A stretch of 63,377 nucleotides of DNA, filler included, from Halocafeteria seosinensis (GCA_001687465.1; 7 parts of 7 records of this genome joined end to end with filler, not necessarily neighbours in it); one strand, 5' to 3'. Shown: positions 42,950 through 56,327, numbered from the whole stretch's first letter. Made by a program: numbers and translations. The notes: generated by a model not told the origin, from the letters alone.

Positions 42950-44611
42950 GTGGCTGTACCTCAAAGCACGCAACAGTCCCATATGATTACATACGTACCG
43001 GTACATACTGTACACCACTGCTGCTTCTATCTGACCTCGTGCGAAAATGCACTGCGAATATGTCCTTTGACGAAGAATCCTGTTCAGCAGTGATGACATT
43101 ACATACTGTGACGTATTGTGATCCGAAGATGAAAGGATGGGAAACAACGTGCATTGCAACTTTACTCGTGGGTATTGACTTTAACGCTGTGTGAATTGGT
43201 ATTGCTCATGCCGGCTTAACGCTGCTATTGCCCCGTGCTCTGCTGTTGGATGTGCGTACCGTAATTCAATTTCGCTTACCTCGATTCAGTTGATCTTGAG
43301 ATTACTTGTCTACTGTTGGTGTCCTCGGACGGCAACCACCGAATACCGAGTGGCTCATCCTTGCGAAGGAAATTCAGGATCAGGAAGCGTTAATTTGAAT
43401 GAATTGCTTTTGCTTTCGAGTGAAGGAATCGGTACCTCTCCTCTCATACACCTTCTTCACCTTCATGCTCCACATCTTCCCGTATTGTCATGAACTGGCC
43501 CGCAAATTCGGCGAACAAGTCACAAGTGAAGTCAGTGCGACGAGTCAATAACTTGGCAGGTGTTTTTCTTTCGCTTTGCTGCTCATTTGTCCACAGTCTG
43601 GTCCAGAGTGAGATTCCTACCCGATCGCATCCTTCCTATTAGCACCAACACTCCACTGAGGTAGTAAGCTGCCGTGCAAGTACAATTCCACTTCCAACTG
43701 GTTCCAAGCCGAGACCGTCAGACTTCGTTTGAGGCTTGGAGTACAGTAGGCAACTTAGGGTGTAAGCCAGTGTTGAAATTGATGTGTGCGATGAAAATTA
43801 AATACCCAGAGGTAATCTCAACACTTTGGTGTATCTCTTGCTTATTGTCATCATCGACAGTACTGGAACCTTCGGGGAAACTCCGGGCGAGCCACCCGGG
43901 GCGTTCTACCACGCCCGACCGAAGGGTCTGTAGGCTTATTCCTCGTGAAGAGTATTGTTGATTCCAAGGCAACAGCTCTTTACACGGACAATTGATCAAG
44001 TGTCTATCGCTCACCTCAGTGTATTGTGTGGTTGTTTGTGTGTGTAAATACACGCAAAAGAATCCAGCAACAGGGGATCCGGAGGCGCGCGCGCTGGATT
44101 TTGAAGGTGTTCATCGCTTTCGCCCACATTCGTGCTCCGTCCAACCTCTACACCTCGTAGGGATCCCTTATATTTCGAACTTGATCCATCGACGTGTGGG
44201 GTCAGATTTTGGGATCCGCGGCTTTAAATAGCTGTATAGAGCCTGGTAAGTGGGTGGTGATTTTGGAATTGTCGTCGCTCGTTGTAGATCCCCGGACGGA
44301 CCCGGCGCCAATTGCCTGACCTTTTTGTCGTTTTTCCCAAGGGGAGCCTCAAGGGGCCAGCAAGGACCAACTTTTTGTTTGAATCCGCGAACCCGGCCAC
44401 TGCCGGGTCCATGTGGGACGGGCTGGGAGGAAAATCCTTTTCCTTGGCTTATTTGATGCCGTAGAATTATCGTTTTTCAGTTTAAAACAGTGAATCAGTT
44501 GTTTCGTAGTTTGTAGAATCCGGTCTGCACCTGCAGGTGATTGGTGTTTGAGAGTGCCACACAGAATCGTGGAGTGGAACTGAGGACGTGGATTCCTCAG
44601 GGTTCGAAGCC

Positions 44612-47089
44612 ATGTCGCAAGAATCCGGGAATGGGGTGAATTCCTCCTCGAGTCAAGATGGACGGCGAAATGCTCGAAACGAACAGACGACCTACATGTC
44701 TTCTTCCTCCTCGGCTGCCGCGTCGGCGTCTGAAGGGAGGCGATATTTGGACAGTCAAGAGTACATGGATGATAGTACAAGCTACCTGGAAAGTGGCCGC
44801 CAATCTTGTGGCCCGGAAGATCAATACATTACTTGGTCTCCGGCAAGAAATCGTGCGCACCAAGTGATGGATTCTCCTTTACTTTCCCCCAGTCGTCGGG
44901 GCGTCGACAGTCCGGAACGAGATCAGCGATTACCGGGCGCAGCTCATTCACCTGGAACCCCCACCAGAAAAGAAAACGGTGGCTACTGGGATAACATGTC
45001 CCCTCGAAAAGCGCTATATTCTCCGGCAGCATTAAGTGCCCAATTTCTTCCTGAGGACGACAAGAGCAATGAGGAGGCAATGGATCTCTACTCTCCCGGA
45101 CAACACATCTTGCACATTTTGAGCAATGGTGAAACGGAGAATTCTCAACAAAAGAAGCTTTTTCGACACAAAGTATCCCAGCAAAACGACAGTCATCCTC
45201 GATACCGGACCCGTACCACTCGCCAGCGCCCTCATCGAACCTCAAGCGCAAGCGCGAGTTCTCAGAGGCACCCCACCAGCAATGGCAACCAAACAAGCAT
45301 TTCTGATGGTATGCTACCAGCCCCACACGCAGGCTCCACTGAAGCTCGAAACACCGCAACTCATCGCCGCACAGCCTCAAATCCTTCCACCAAAGACTTT
45401 TACAACGATGAAGAAGCTGCCAAAATGCTGATATCTCTCTCCCCTCAAAGAGAAATACCGAACCATGAGAATCTGCTTGATAGTGCCCGTTCAGATTACT
45501 CGGCAAAAGGCGGTCCCGATAGCCCACTGCTGGAACGGACTCAACACCTCCTCGACTTTGATGATGAAGATGAAGAGAACAAGAGTGCAACAGAAGACGT
45601 TCAGGCACCGTCTGCTACATCTACGGCTTTGAGGCCAATCAAAAACAGCACCCAAAAGTGTGCAACTAAATCGTCTACCGAATGTGACGAGATTGAGCCA
45701 GAAACACCTAGAGACTTATCGCCGCTGCACACAGAGGTACCTCAGTATGCCAGTAAGTTTTTACAGTCATCAAAGCAAACGGCTACTACTAAAGGAAAGG
45801 ATGCGAATGCAACTGTGTCTTCCAAGTCCAAGACAAAACAGCAACAGAATGGTACCTCAACATCAGCGACTGTGACTACGAAACGAGAAAAAGGAGTAGT
45901 GCCCGGAACGGGTTCCCTCACTGTTAAAGCTACTTACAAACCGGCGAGTACTCAACAAACTGACAGTACTGGCTCATCAAAAGTAGTCCGGAAAAAGGGC
46001 CGACCTGCCAAGTACGAGAACTCCGTTTCCGACACTCCTTCGGGTGGCAAGTCCGAGGATTCAGCAAAAAGCAGCAACACCGCAGTATTAAAAACACCTC
46101 CACGACAAGTGAAACGGACTACGACAAACAGCAGGAGTAATAGTAAAGGACATTCGGAGGCCACAAGTTCCGAAGACTCGTCAACGACTCGGAAAGTGAG
46201 TCCTTATTTGGGTGTTTCTTGGATACGAGCGTCGCAACGCTGGAGAGCTGATAGCGTGATCAAGGGTAAACTGAAATACTTGGGTTGCTTTCGGACTGAA
46301 GAAGAAGCGGCTTGTGCAGTTGATGATGCTCGATCTGGGTCTTGGGATGGAACCCGTAAACTGCGCTTAAACTTCCCCGACCGCCAATCTAAGATTCCCA
46401 ACAGTCAGAAAATTGCTGCGATAAAAAATGTAGACGGTGAAGGAAACAAAAAGAGTGACTTCATTGGTGTTGTATGGGATGCAAAACAAGGACAATGGAG
46501 AGCACGCATTTGCGTACCTGATGAGAAATGGATAGTTGCATCCTACCACAACCGAACCTCGGGCTCTCCCACATCTGGACATGTCGAGCTCAGACATTTC
46601 AATAGCGAATTGGAAGCGGCGAAAGCTGTTGATCAAGCAAAATTTGATACGTATAGCCGGATCCTAAACATGGCAGAAAATGATAATGATCGTGCCAAGG
46701 TGCCCAAACCACGTCTCAACTTTCCTGATGAATTTGGATTGCGTCAACCGGGACGTAGTGCTCGCTCTAAAGCTCAGAGGAGGATCGCCAAATTCTCCTC
46801 AGCTTCTCCGGGACGAAACAGTGACTCGATGTCGACAAGCTCCTACGAGAGCAGCCCCTCGATGGGTCTGCGATCTCCGGAACGAATGGATGATATCTCA
46901 CCCATTGTGAGCAAGACAAGCAAGCGGCAAGCGGCCACAGAAGCATCCAAGACTCTGCAACGCCGGGACAGTACTGATGGTGCCGACGCCAATTCCAGCA
47001 TAATTTCTCCGGCCGCAAACCCATCCCCTGCCAAGCGACGACGCAAAAGGAAGAATGCGGCGGAAACTGCATCTGCATCATCATCTTGA
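44612..47089 (+). CDS. AP2-domain transcription factor (two AP2 domains)
   Basis: SPYLGVSW..RWRA..YLGCFRTEEEAACAVD..LNFP and SDFIGVVW..QWRARI..FNSELEAAKAVD..LNFP; long disordered N-terminus; basic NLS-like tail. Confidence 0.88.
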   Translation: MSQESGNGVNSSSSQDGRRNARNEQTTYMSSSSSAAASASEGRRYLDSQEYMDDSTSYLESGRQSCGPEDQYITWSPARNRAHQVMDSPLLSPSRRGVDSPERDQRLPGAAHSPGTPTRKENGGYWDNMSPRKALYSPAALSAQFLPEDDKSNEEAMDLYSPGQHILHILSNGETENSQQKKLFRHKVSQQNDSHPRYRTRTTRQRPHRTSSASASSQRHPTSNGNQTSISDGMLPAPHAGSTEARNTATHRRTASNPSTKDFYNDEEAAKMLISLSPQREIPNHENLLDSARSDYSAKGGPDSPLLERTQHLLDFDDEDEENKSATEDVQAPSATSTALRPIKNSTQKCATKSSTECDEIEPETPRDLSPLHTEVPQYASKFLQSSKQTATTKGKDANATVSSKSKTKQQQNGTSTSATVTTKREKGVVPGTGSLTVKATYKPASTQQTDSTGSSKVVRKKGRPAKYENSVSDTPSGGKSEDSAKSSNTAVLKTPPRQVKRTTTNSRSNSKGHSEATSSEDSSTTRKVSPYLGVSWIRASQRWRADSVIKGKLKYLGCFRTEEEAACAVDDARSGSWDGTRKLRLNFPDRQSKIPNSQKIAAIKNVDGEGNKKSDFIGVVWDAKQGQWRARICVPDEKWIVASYHNRTSGSPTSGHVELRHFNSELEAAKAVDQAKFDTYSRILNMAENDNDRAKVPKPRLNFPDEFGLRQPGRSARSKAQRRIAKFSSASPGRNSDSMSTSSYESSPSMGLRSPERMDDISPIVSKTSKRQAATEASKTLQRRDSTDGADANSSIISPAANPSPAKRRRKRKNAAETASASSS

Positions 47090-47630
47090 TGAGAGGAGTG
47101 TTGCCGTGGCTTTCCTTGCCTGAAGTTGACGGTAATGTGCTGTCTTCTTTCTGCAAAGTGTATTCATTAGGTTGCATATGAATAAACTACCAACGTGCTC
47201 GTGGAGAAACTTGCACTTTCTAACTTGTGTACGTTATTCATCCATCCTATGCCATGAGAAACATCATTTTTCATGCTGCTTCATTTGACATCTTTTCCCT
47301 CTAAAGACACTTTGAATTCCTTGCGGATCCCGTCCCCTGTCGGGGGGAGGTGGGGTGCAGCGCCGCACCCTCGGCACGGTTTTTCCGCCCCCGGGTGCGG
47401 ACCGAAGAGACTTGTTTCAATGCTTTATTTATGCAAGCCCCGTCTAACGACGACGAGTTAATGTTTTGTGAGTGTGTATACATGCGAGACTGTCGGAACC
47501 CGTGTTGAAGAAAGAGAGGGTTGAAAAAAAAAGAGAGGGGTTTGTCCTTCCTGCTTTGAGGTCCTTGTTGAGGTCGCAGGATCCCGGTTGCCTTTAGAAT
47601 TCCTTTTGCTTCTTTTCTATACTATACGCG

Positions 47631-50600
47631 ATGCAATCCCCGTCGGAAGGTGATCGAGGGGACGAAACCGGACACGGGGAATCTGCCTCTGCTGGTCCTG
47701 CTTCGGCAGAAGCAACAGGGACGGCGCAATCCTTGGAGGAAACGGGAGGAATCGATGTGGACGAAGGACCTCCGGTTCTCCAAAATTTCACAGGGCGATG
47801 GAAAGTCGATGACGCTCGTTCTGATCGTTTGGACGCTTTCTTCCAAGCTTTGGGTGTGAACTGGTTCGCGCGGAAGATCGTATGTGCCGTGGACGCGTCG
47901 TACCAAATCCAGCATACCCCAGCCTCGTGGGATCAGAAAGACATTACGCGATTTGGAACTCACCATGCTCGATATTTGTTGGATGGACAGTACCATGACG
48001 TTCCTCAGCCGGGGGGAAAAGTAGCCCCGGCGCGGGCTTGGCAGTCCGATACGGGGGATGTTATCATTGAAACACGGCTGCCGGAAACGCGAGGGACCAC
48101 GGTGGATTGTCGTCGGTTAGTCTCACGGACACGATTGCAGCAGACGCTTAGTGTATGGAGAGAAGGACGGATGGATCATCAAAGTAGGCGAGAATGGATG
48201 AAACTGGAGACCCCACAAGAGAGACGGGCGGCGCGGGAGTTGGAAGCCAAAGCGAGGCATGAGTCGGCGAAATCCACGGTGACTTCCTCCGGACTATGCA
48301 TGTTTGGAATGTGGAAAGCCAAAGCACCACAGATTCGCAGACAATCAGCAGCCTCTACGATATCTACTGGTACTGGACAGTCGCGACAGCAAGGGCAACA
48401 CGATAAAGCCATTATGGGGATCAAAGATGCTCGGGCACTGGCGGCTCCTGTACTGCATGCAGACTTTACCGGTGATTGGCACATTGATTGGAATCTATCT
48501 GAAAAATGGGGAGCCTACTTGAAGGAGATTGGCGTTCCATGGATTGCGCGTGGAATTGCCGAAAGCTTAGAGATTAGGAGCAAAATGAAGCATCTTCCTT
48601 ATGAGTCGCCATCTACGCTGGAGAGTGAGGACAGTAGTAAATTTGGAACTCAAACGACGCAGTTTGTAGTTGATTGCGATGCGCGAACTGTAACGGGAGA
48701 CGATGGCAAAACTATCATGCGTATTGTTGAACCTTTGACATTTGAAGCACTCCATAATGGAAGTGTAGTCAAGATGGCATCGGAGCAATCAGATGCAGCT
48801 GAGGGTGAGGGGGTCGGTGATAGTCTACAGGGGCACCGTCAGGATGCAACTGGAAACAACACAACGGTAGAAGCCGAAGATGGCCAAACACAGGAAGATC
48901 CTGGTAATTCGCACGGAGCGCAAGGTGTAAACGATCCGTTCCCTAAAAGTAATGCTAGTCGGTCGCTATCTGAGAATACTGACATTGCTGTACCAAAGTG
49001 GACTGCCTCTTTAGCTGTATACGAGGCCACTCAGAAGCAGCTGTTCAAACAAGAATGGTCGGACGGAATCAATGGAAATGTGTCCGAGGAACATAAGGTA
49101 CACGTTTCGCCAGACTTATCGAAGTCCTCGGTCCCTATTGTAGGAATAAGGATGACGACTGTGTTGCCTGACAACGTGGGAGTCACCGTTGAAACTCGGC
49201 ATTTGACGAAAAATGGGGAGCACATGCGCCAGATTCATGACTTGTTTCGGGAAGGCCAACATAAAGTACGCGTGCAAAGATTCCTTCAAAACCGCGCATT
49301 TGACGAACAGCAGGCATATATTGAAAAGCTTTCCAAGGCAAGGGCTGGAGAGAGCTTTTCTACTTTGCAAACTGCATCTGATGCCGTCGGAGATTCGACT
49401 GCGAATACTGCTAACGCCTCTTCAAGACCTGTACCCTCCGCGGGCGGACTTCAAGATGAGGATACAGTAGCAACGGAGAATGTACTTCCAGAGGATGAGC
49501 ATGAATTTTCGGATGTTGAATCTCATTCGTCTTATGCTGACGAGGATGAAGAAGAAGGACCTACCGCCGAATTGCAACCAGGTCCGAAAATTGTTCATAC
49601 AAACTTTAGTGGTGTTTGGGAAGTCGACTGGGGAAGAAGTCAGAGATTGGATGGACTTTTCAAAGCCATGGGATTGAATTGGCTTGCTCGAAAATTTGTA
49701 GCCGCCCTTGATATCAAGTATCATATTGCACATACACCCATTGAGTGGTATATTCGAGAGGTGTCGTCCGTCGGCGTGTTTCAGTTAAACCTTTTATTAG
49801 ACGGCCGATGGCATTTATGTAAGCAGCAAGATGGGTCTCAGCAACCGATGAAAGTGACCCAGGATTCTTCCACAGGGGATATCGAAATTGAGACTATGCT
49901 CATATACGACTCACATAACCCTAGGGATACCAAAGAAATCGTCAAACAATGGGAGAAAAAGGGAGCGCAGTCCGCCTTAACGCTCGCTCATGAACGACCG
50001 CGAGCCGCCAGCGCAGCTTCGTCACGCACTTCTGGAAGTCTTAATGCGGAGACGACTCCAGCTAATACGAGAAATCCGAGCCAGGATTCAAGCATGCCGT
50101 CTGCATCCTCGACACAGTTGACACAGGAAAATGTTCAATCCGAGAAGGAGATGGAATATCAGGAGGAACTGTGGACATTGATACGCTCGAGATGTGGTAG
50201 ACTACTCGATATAAAACATCTGCAGGAGAGGACCCTTATCCGTCAGGTCCTAATGTATGAAACAGCAGATGGAGTAGCACGACATGCAGTAACCCGATTC
50301 TTGATGAAAGTTGAGAGTGCTGCCGAACGCTTGGCGGCGATGAGGTTAGAACAACAGAGAGAACAAGCAAGTGTCACGCCTAGTCCTTCCAAGTACAGTT
50401 TAAAGAGCCAAAAAAAGAGACAAGATAGCGCAGGTTCGGGTAGTAGAGATAAGGACACCGATACGGCGATTCAGGACCTAAAAAAGTCTTCTGACTCACG
50501 CGTTTTTGTCGTCACCGTATTTCGTGAATGGTGTCGCCAGGAGGGAAGTCTACTGAAGTGGGTCGTCACTTCTACGTTGTTGCTACCCGAAGCCATCGTC

Positions 50601-50864
50601 CAAGGACTGATGGATTCGTTTTATATTGATGACACAGGCAATCGTTCTGAAGAGGGATCTTCTTTGTGTGCTCTTTTCATCTTGTCTCTGTTGGTACTTT
50701 TGCTTTTGTCCGTTATCACTGGTACTCCGCTCTTCGGATCCTTGTTGATATCCGTTGCGGTGATAGTGATGGTCAATTCCTACCTGCCCCTTCGACGAAG
50801 ATTACGGCAGTCTCGCGACAAACATCGCGATACAGATGCGGACGCAAATAAGAAGGAAAAATAA
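47631..50864 (+). CDS. Membrane-anchored protein with three FABP/lipocalin-like domains
   Basis: NFTGRW/DFTGDW/NFSGVW..(L/I/M)G(V/L)xWxAR repeats at ~47784, 48462 and 49602; C-terminal hydrophobic helices. Confidence 0.75.
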   Translation: MQSPSEGDRGDETGHGESASAGPASAEATGTAQSLEETGGIDVDEGPPVLQNFTGRWKVDDARSDRLDAFFQALGVNWFARKIVCAVDASYQIQHTPASWDQKDITRFGTHHARYLLDGQYHDVPQPGGKVAPARAWQSDTGDVIIETRLPETRGTTVDCRRLVSRTRLQQTLSVWREGRMDHQSRREWMKLETPQERRAARELEAKARHESAKSTVTSSGLCMFGMWKAKAPQIRRQSAASTISTGTGQSRQQGQHDKAIMGIKDARALAAPVLHADFTGDWHIDWNLSEKWGAYLKEIGVPWIARGIAESLEIRSKMKHLPYESPSTLESEDSSKFGTQTTQFVVDCDARTVTGDDGKTIMRIVEPLTFEALHNGSVVKMASEQSDAAEGEGVGDSLQGHRQDATGNNTTVEAEDGQTQEDPGNSHGAQGVNDPFPKSNASRSLSENTDIAVPKWTASLAVYEATQKQLFKQEWSDGINGNVSEEHKVHVSPDLSKSSVPIVGIRMTTVLPDNVGVTVETRHLTKNGEHMRQIHDLFREGQHKVRVQRFLQNRAFDEQQAYIEKLSKARAGESFSTLQTASDAVGDSTANTANASSRPVPSAGGLQDEDTVATENVLPEDEHEFSDVESHSSYADEDEEEGPTAELQPGPKIVHTNFSGVWEVDWGRSQRLDGLFKAMGLNWLARKFVAALDIKYHIAHTPIEWYIREVSSVGVFQLNLLLDGRWHLCKQQDGSQQPMKVTQDSSTGDIEIETMLIYDSHNPRDTKEIVKQWEKKGAQSALTLAHERPRAASAASSRTSGSLNAETTPANTRNPSQDSSMPSASSTQLTQENVQSEKEMEYQEELWTLIRSRCGRLLDIKHLQERTLIRQVLMYETADGVARHAVTRFLMKVESAAERLAAMRLEQQREQASVTPSPSKYSLKSQKKRQDSAGSGSRDKDTDTAIQDLKKSSDSRVFVVTVFREWCRQEGSLLKWVVTSTLLLPEAIVQGLMDSFYIDDTGNRSEEGSSLCALFILSLLVLLLLSVITGTPLFGSLLISVAVIVMVNSYLPLRRRLRQSRDKHRDTDADANKKEK

Positions 50865-50971
50865 ACCGTACGATCATGAATTCGCATTATATCTTGTAAT
50901 TATCTAATGTCGTGTACGTGAATGGAAAATATAATTCGCGCCGGCAACTGCCGCTGACCACGTGTATTTCT

Positions 50972-53900
50972 TCACACCAATGTGATAGAAAATAGTCTAA
51001 TTTGTCTAGAATCAAACACGGGATATTCTTGGTTCCTCAAAAAAATCACTCCCCACAGAAAAGTTGTAAACCATAAAGCGGTGTACTTGTTCGGCTGATA
51101 GCGACGCATCACTACTGCGTGAGGAACAGGGAGAAGTCCAACCAGTGTCGTATTCCTAATAAAGTCCAACACAGCCTGTTCGTCCGCAGTTCCTTCACTC
51201 TCTTCGATAAAGTTTTCAACCTGTGGCGACAGATGTTGTAGCAGTCTCAACGGAGTCCCTAACTGAGATAGCATATTTGGGTACCACTCTTGCAGCCATT
51301 CTCTGGTCGGCACGAAGGTATCAGAAGACACAATATTCAATAACTCAGCCTCGTCTTCATCTTGTACCTCTTCATGATCGGCACCTGCTGCGGCACCCTG
51401 CCTGTTTCGAGAGCGTTTATCCGCTTCATTATTTTGAGGCAACGTCGATTCGGTACCAGGAACAACTCCAGAACGTTGAGCGGAGGTCACCTTGGTAGTA
51501 CTTGTAGTCTCCGTCGCTTTTCTCTCGGCAGGTCCATTTTCACCACGAGTAGCTACTCCCGATTCAGTTTCTAAGTCTGAATCGGCTGCGGAAGAGCCTG
51601 GAGGTCCGGAGACTGCAGCTCCTGCAACCGAGGCGGATTCCTCTTCATGAATTCGCTCTCTCGTCCTCGAGGCAGCCTGACTCGCTTGCAATGCTTTACG
51701 ACGTACAATTGCTTGCACCTTCGGAAGAAACTTGGGTAGCATTGACAAGTTTTCAAACACCCTAGATAGACGCAATATTCCATATATGACATGCCCATTG
51801 CCTTCATATTGGTACTGAATAATGTTATTCATGGTATCCAAAAGTTGTTCCACGTAGTTATGATGATTGGGATGGCTCAATACAAAGACCGGGTCGGCAA
51901 ACAGTTCCATCAAATTCAGCAGTTTCACAGACGCAACGAGACTAAACGATTTGATGTAGGGGCTGATATTCGCAATGATGGTCAGAAAGCACGAGTAAAT
52001 TGTGCTTAGTTTTTCAGACGCATTTACCACCAGCTTGTGGAGAACAATGACCAGTAGGTCAGCATGGTTTCCTTCGAAAAGCGGCAGATCAGTAGGTAGT
52101 TTGTCCGTGAACTTTTTGTTCAGCGCCACCGCAAAATTCCTATGTCCTGACAGCAAGAGTAATATAAAGGTGCATAGGTGAATAAGTCCAACCTTGGCCG
52201 CATTGGCTCTTCCCGTCCACATAAAATACAGCATGGGAGTGACAATCCTACAAACGTCGGTAGAACCAGTGCGGAGGACCCATCCTAGGAAGTCGTCATT
52301 ATCATCCAGGAGCTTCCACAAAAGGACAAGCAATTCTTGATGACAATGGATTTGTTTGACTGAGTATGGGAGCATGGAGGAATCACTCCGGTGCACGTTA
52401 GCAAGTAAGTCGCTAATGCGATCGAATATGAACTTAAAATCCCTTTCATCCTGAAGGCCTGAGAGCAGCGCACGGTACGTGTTTGGGACAGTGTATGGAG
52501 GAGGCTCATTACTGTCGTCACTATCCCGTTCACTTTCGTTGTTGTCGTCGCGATTATACTGGTTCCATAATCGAGCTTCTTCGGGCTTCAGCAACGCAGC
52601 ATAGTCCAAAAGAAGAAGAAGAACTTGCAATGACATGTCCATTAGGCCCTCCGCGGTATCGGCCATTACAGCGGCACCGTATGGTAAGCCCCAACCGACC
52701 GGGTCATACACCAGAGCGGCGTTCAAGAGCGAGTAAAAGAGCGTTGGTGCAAATGGGCATCGTGGTGATACGGCAACATCAATGAAACGAGAACGGAACG
52801 GCTTGTGCGGATCTGCTTCTTTATAAAGAGGTTGTGACATAATTGCCTGAAGCAATCGAAGAGCCTCTACTCGGTTGGAGTCATAGGTTCCTGACTTTGG
52901 GGGTGTTATTTTGGGGAATCCGACTCCTCCAGCCCACAAGATCGACGGCCACACGGCATTGGAGAGTGTACGTTGATCATGCTCACTCACATCGGCCGTA
53001 GCTTCAATCGGTTCGTTGTCATCCTCCTTTCCATTATGACTGCCATTCTCATCATCCGTTTCTTCGTCTTCCTCTCCTAGGTGGCGACTTTGCCTATGGC
53101 GGGCTTCTTCCTCGTTAAATTTCCGTCGAAACATGGTCCAAGCTCCTTGATCCACCGTGAACCCCGGCGCAAATAGTAAGTGCATGACAGTATGTACCAA
53201 AACACGTCCGAGAGGCACATCTTCACTGGTGGGATCATTTGGGACTTCTGTAAAGTTATTCTCCAAGCTTGCGGTCACACTCACTCGTCCCGACTGCACA
53301 CGAACACGTCCTTCGCTTTCACCGCCACTACTACTTGTCGTAGTACTACCCTGCTGTTGTTGTTGCTGCCGCTGTTCTCGCTGTTTTTTCAACTTTTTGT
53401 GTTGTTCCCGCGCCGCTTTCTTACTAAAAGGCTCCCACTGCCATGTGCATGGAACATACGGTGGAAGAGGTGGCGCTCCTTCATCTTGTCCATCTTCATC
53501 CTCGTCGTCATCCGTATTCTCTTCCGACGACGCATCGTCCTCATTTTGCTGCTGCTGCTGCTGCTGGTGTTCTTGACGCCGCTGCTCTCGTTTTTCCTGT
53601 TGGGTCTGTCTTCCTCGTAGACTGGCTCTAAACCTTTCTTCCAAATCTGCCATTTGTTGCTTGTATGTCTCATCCTCGAAATCCGGCGTGGGGAGGCAGT
53701 TCTCCCACCAGACCCTCTCTAAAAAGGAATCCGTGGGATCTTCAAACAGGACAGGCAGCATCCTCGTCAGGATGCGAATGCAATTGAGCGCATACTTCTG
53801 TTCATTGGCATGTAAATCGTCCTTATGCGATAAAGATTGCATCTTGGACACAATCACACGCAGGAAACGAGCCAAGTTTCGCGGCTGTAAACGACGCAAA

Positions 53901-54263
53901 CGGCGAATATCATCCGGTTGTATCAAGCTAAACACGTGCTGCAGACACCAACAACACAATAATAGACTGTAATACGCCATAAAATTGTTTTTGAGGTGAA
54001 TAGAGGCCACATACCGTGGCATCCGTGGGGATGGTCCAGAACACCTCAAGCTTTTCCTCCGCGATAGGGTCTCCTCCAACAATGTTGTTGGTATAGGAGA
54101 CATCCCCACCGCTCGGACTTACTGCTCCCTCGCGAGCGGAAGCGTCATTATGGCTGTCTTGAGAGGAAGAAGAGGCCAAAGCGCGCTCCGGGAGGGGGTA
54201 CCGACGAAGATTAGCGGCGGTATTCACTAAATCTGCGGTATCTTTAGACCCACTAATGCCCAT
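50972..54263 (-). CDS. HID1: HID1/Ecm30 (dymeclin-family) protein, 2 exons
   Basis: MGISGSK myristoylation-type start; intron 53939-54014 (GTATGT..CTGCAG); ALNCIRILTRMLP, LFYSLLN..YDPVGWGLPY, IIQYQYEGN, TLVGLLPVPH. Confidence 0.9.
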
Positions 54264-54677
54264 CGTTGCTTTCTATAGAGACCAAAGATTGACCTGAATA
54301 CTGGCTCCGGCGGATGGAGTGCACACAATACGAATACAATGGCCATTTCTATCTGCTCTACCGCCTGGCAGGGGAGACACCAGAATGTGAAGGTTGTCGT
54401 CTCCCCTACACTTTCCCCTTAAAATAAATAGCAAAAAATGTCAAGGGTCTGGGCCCTCTAACCTCGAACACAACAAACAAAAGTAGGACTTGAGTACTCT
54501 GATTCACTCACTGAAACGTGCTGAAAGTCGAAGAGTCCAAGTAAACTAAATTGGACCGACACGTTGTGTTTCCTATTGAATTGGCTGGATCAATTGGAGA
54601 AGACGGAAAACCACAAGAACTCCCGTTTAAACTATAGAGTTCATTGGCTGCTTGACAACGCAACCGTAATCAACTAG

Positions 54678-55594
54678 TTAGGCAAGAAGGTCTGGGGTGT
54701 CTTCGCTTTGAGACTTGGAACGAGCTGGTTCTCGGGGCCGAATGCTAGGGAACAAGATGTAGCGAAGCTGAGGAGTCAAAGTGTACTCGGCAATCGTTAA
54801 CCGTTTCCCAAGTGTGTTGTCACAGACAACGGTGTCGTGGTGGGCACTAACAATGGCACCACCAGCATTGTCTTCGGGGACGTGGTCGTCCTTCTTGACA
54901 CTAGCCTTCACTTCCAATTGCATTGGTTTGTCAAAGCGTCCACCACGAGCTTTTGCTTTGTCGTACGCAGCTTTCTCATGTTCTTTCTGTTCTTTGTGGA
55001 ATTCTTCCAACGCTTGCTTGGTGGCTGCTTCGGTAATCTGGACATCTTTCTTTCGACACTTGATGGATACATTGTGAGCTCCTTGTTCCCGCAAAGTCAC
55101 ACGACGAATTCCCTGTTTGATCAATGATTTCATTAGTTCTTTGTATTCTTCCGGATTTCGCTGGGACCACGACGACAGTTCATCCACAACATCTTGATTC
55201 AGTTGCTTGAGGAGCTCCTCCTGCTCTTGCAAGATGCGCCCTTTCTGCTTACTCGCCTCCTTGGATGCTAGCCTGTATGTATGATCGGAAACACAAAACA
55301 CACGCATGTGTCTACATATCAAAGGAAACAAACAAGGGATGAAAGTACGTACACTCTTTGCTCAGTGAGTCTTTCCTGCTCCAGCTGTCTGAATTTCTCT
55401 CTCAGTTTGGCTTTCTCATTCTGCACGCGCACCTGTTTCTCCATGTTATAGTCGTGCTCGGCCTTGGTCCGGATCTCATTGGCCTTTTCCTTCCCTTCAA
55501 GACGGAGGAAATCCATCATCTGCCGTAATTGGCGGTCCGCCTGAGATTCGGACATGGTAGATTCCTCGCCCTTGTTGTTGCTCGACGCGGCCAT
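54678..55594 (-). CDS. ATP6V1E: V-type proton ATPase subunit E, 2 exons
   Basis: QLRQMMDFLRLEGKEKANEI..EK; intron 55273-55352; CRKKD, GGAIV..VCDNTLGKRL..LRYILF. Start may be 55555. Confidence 0.9.
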
Positions 55595-56327
55595 TGCTCC
55601 TTAAATAGAAAGCGCTCGAGTGCACTCCCTCCTGCAGGCCAAATCAACAACGATAACAAAGTTAGGGTTATTTGTTATCATATTGTGCAAGAGACAGAGG
55701 GAAGAAAAAAAGGTGGAAGATCAAGCAAAGATCAAACACCCCCCTCTATTCCCCCATCCCGGTTCTCTTTTTTTCTTTCACCCTCCACTTAGCCACACAC
55801 GACCATATCCACGGCTCCTAGGGTAGATGCATCTCGTACTCTTGCAACAGCGAGCGTCATGCGCCTCAAAGATGTCCTAATGAGGGGTATAGAACACTTT
55901 GCGGCCGCCGGCCCCGCTCAGCTGGGTGCGAAATGCCCCCATAACAACCAAACAAACGTGATTTTTACTTACACAGTAAGACTGTACGATAATTCCCGTC
56001 CTTGTTCCTTTGGCTTGGCAGTGGACAACTCCCCAAGATGGCAATATACGACGTTGAATGAATGATCCTGCCCGGACACGACAATCATTTTGCAGGGTTG
56101 GAAACAAAGAAATGATTGTTGTTATACATTATCTGGCGTTGATGGTCATCAGATGGTGCGAGGGTACAAGTGCGAGGGTTGTAAAGGAGCAATGTGATTT
56201 TGTTCCCTTTGGTAGCTTCTGTTCTTTCTGTGTGTTGTTTCATAATGCATGTACAGGAGGTTGTATTAACCTGTATGTGTAAGTGTATATACACACAGCT
56301 GTACAAGGTTACCCTTTGTAGAAAACG

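Noticed and set aside
55661..55670. GTTAGGGTTA telomere-like motif
   Set aside because: Fewer than two units; chance or a promoter telo-box.
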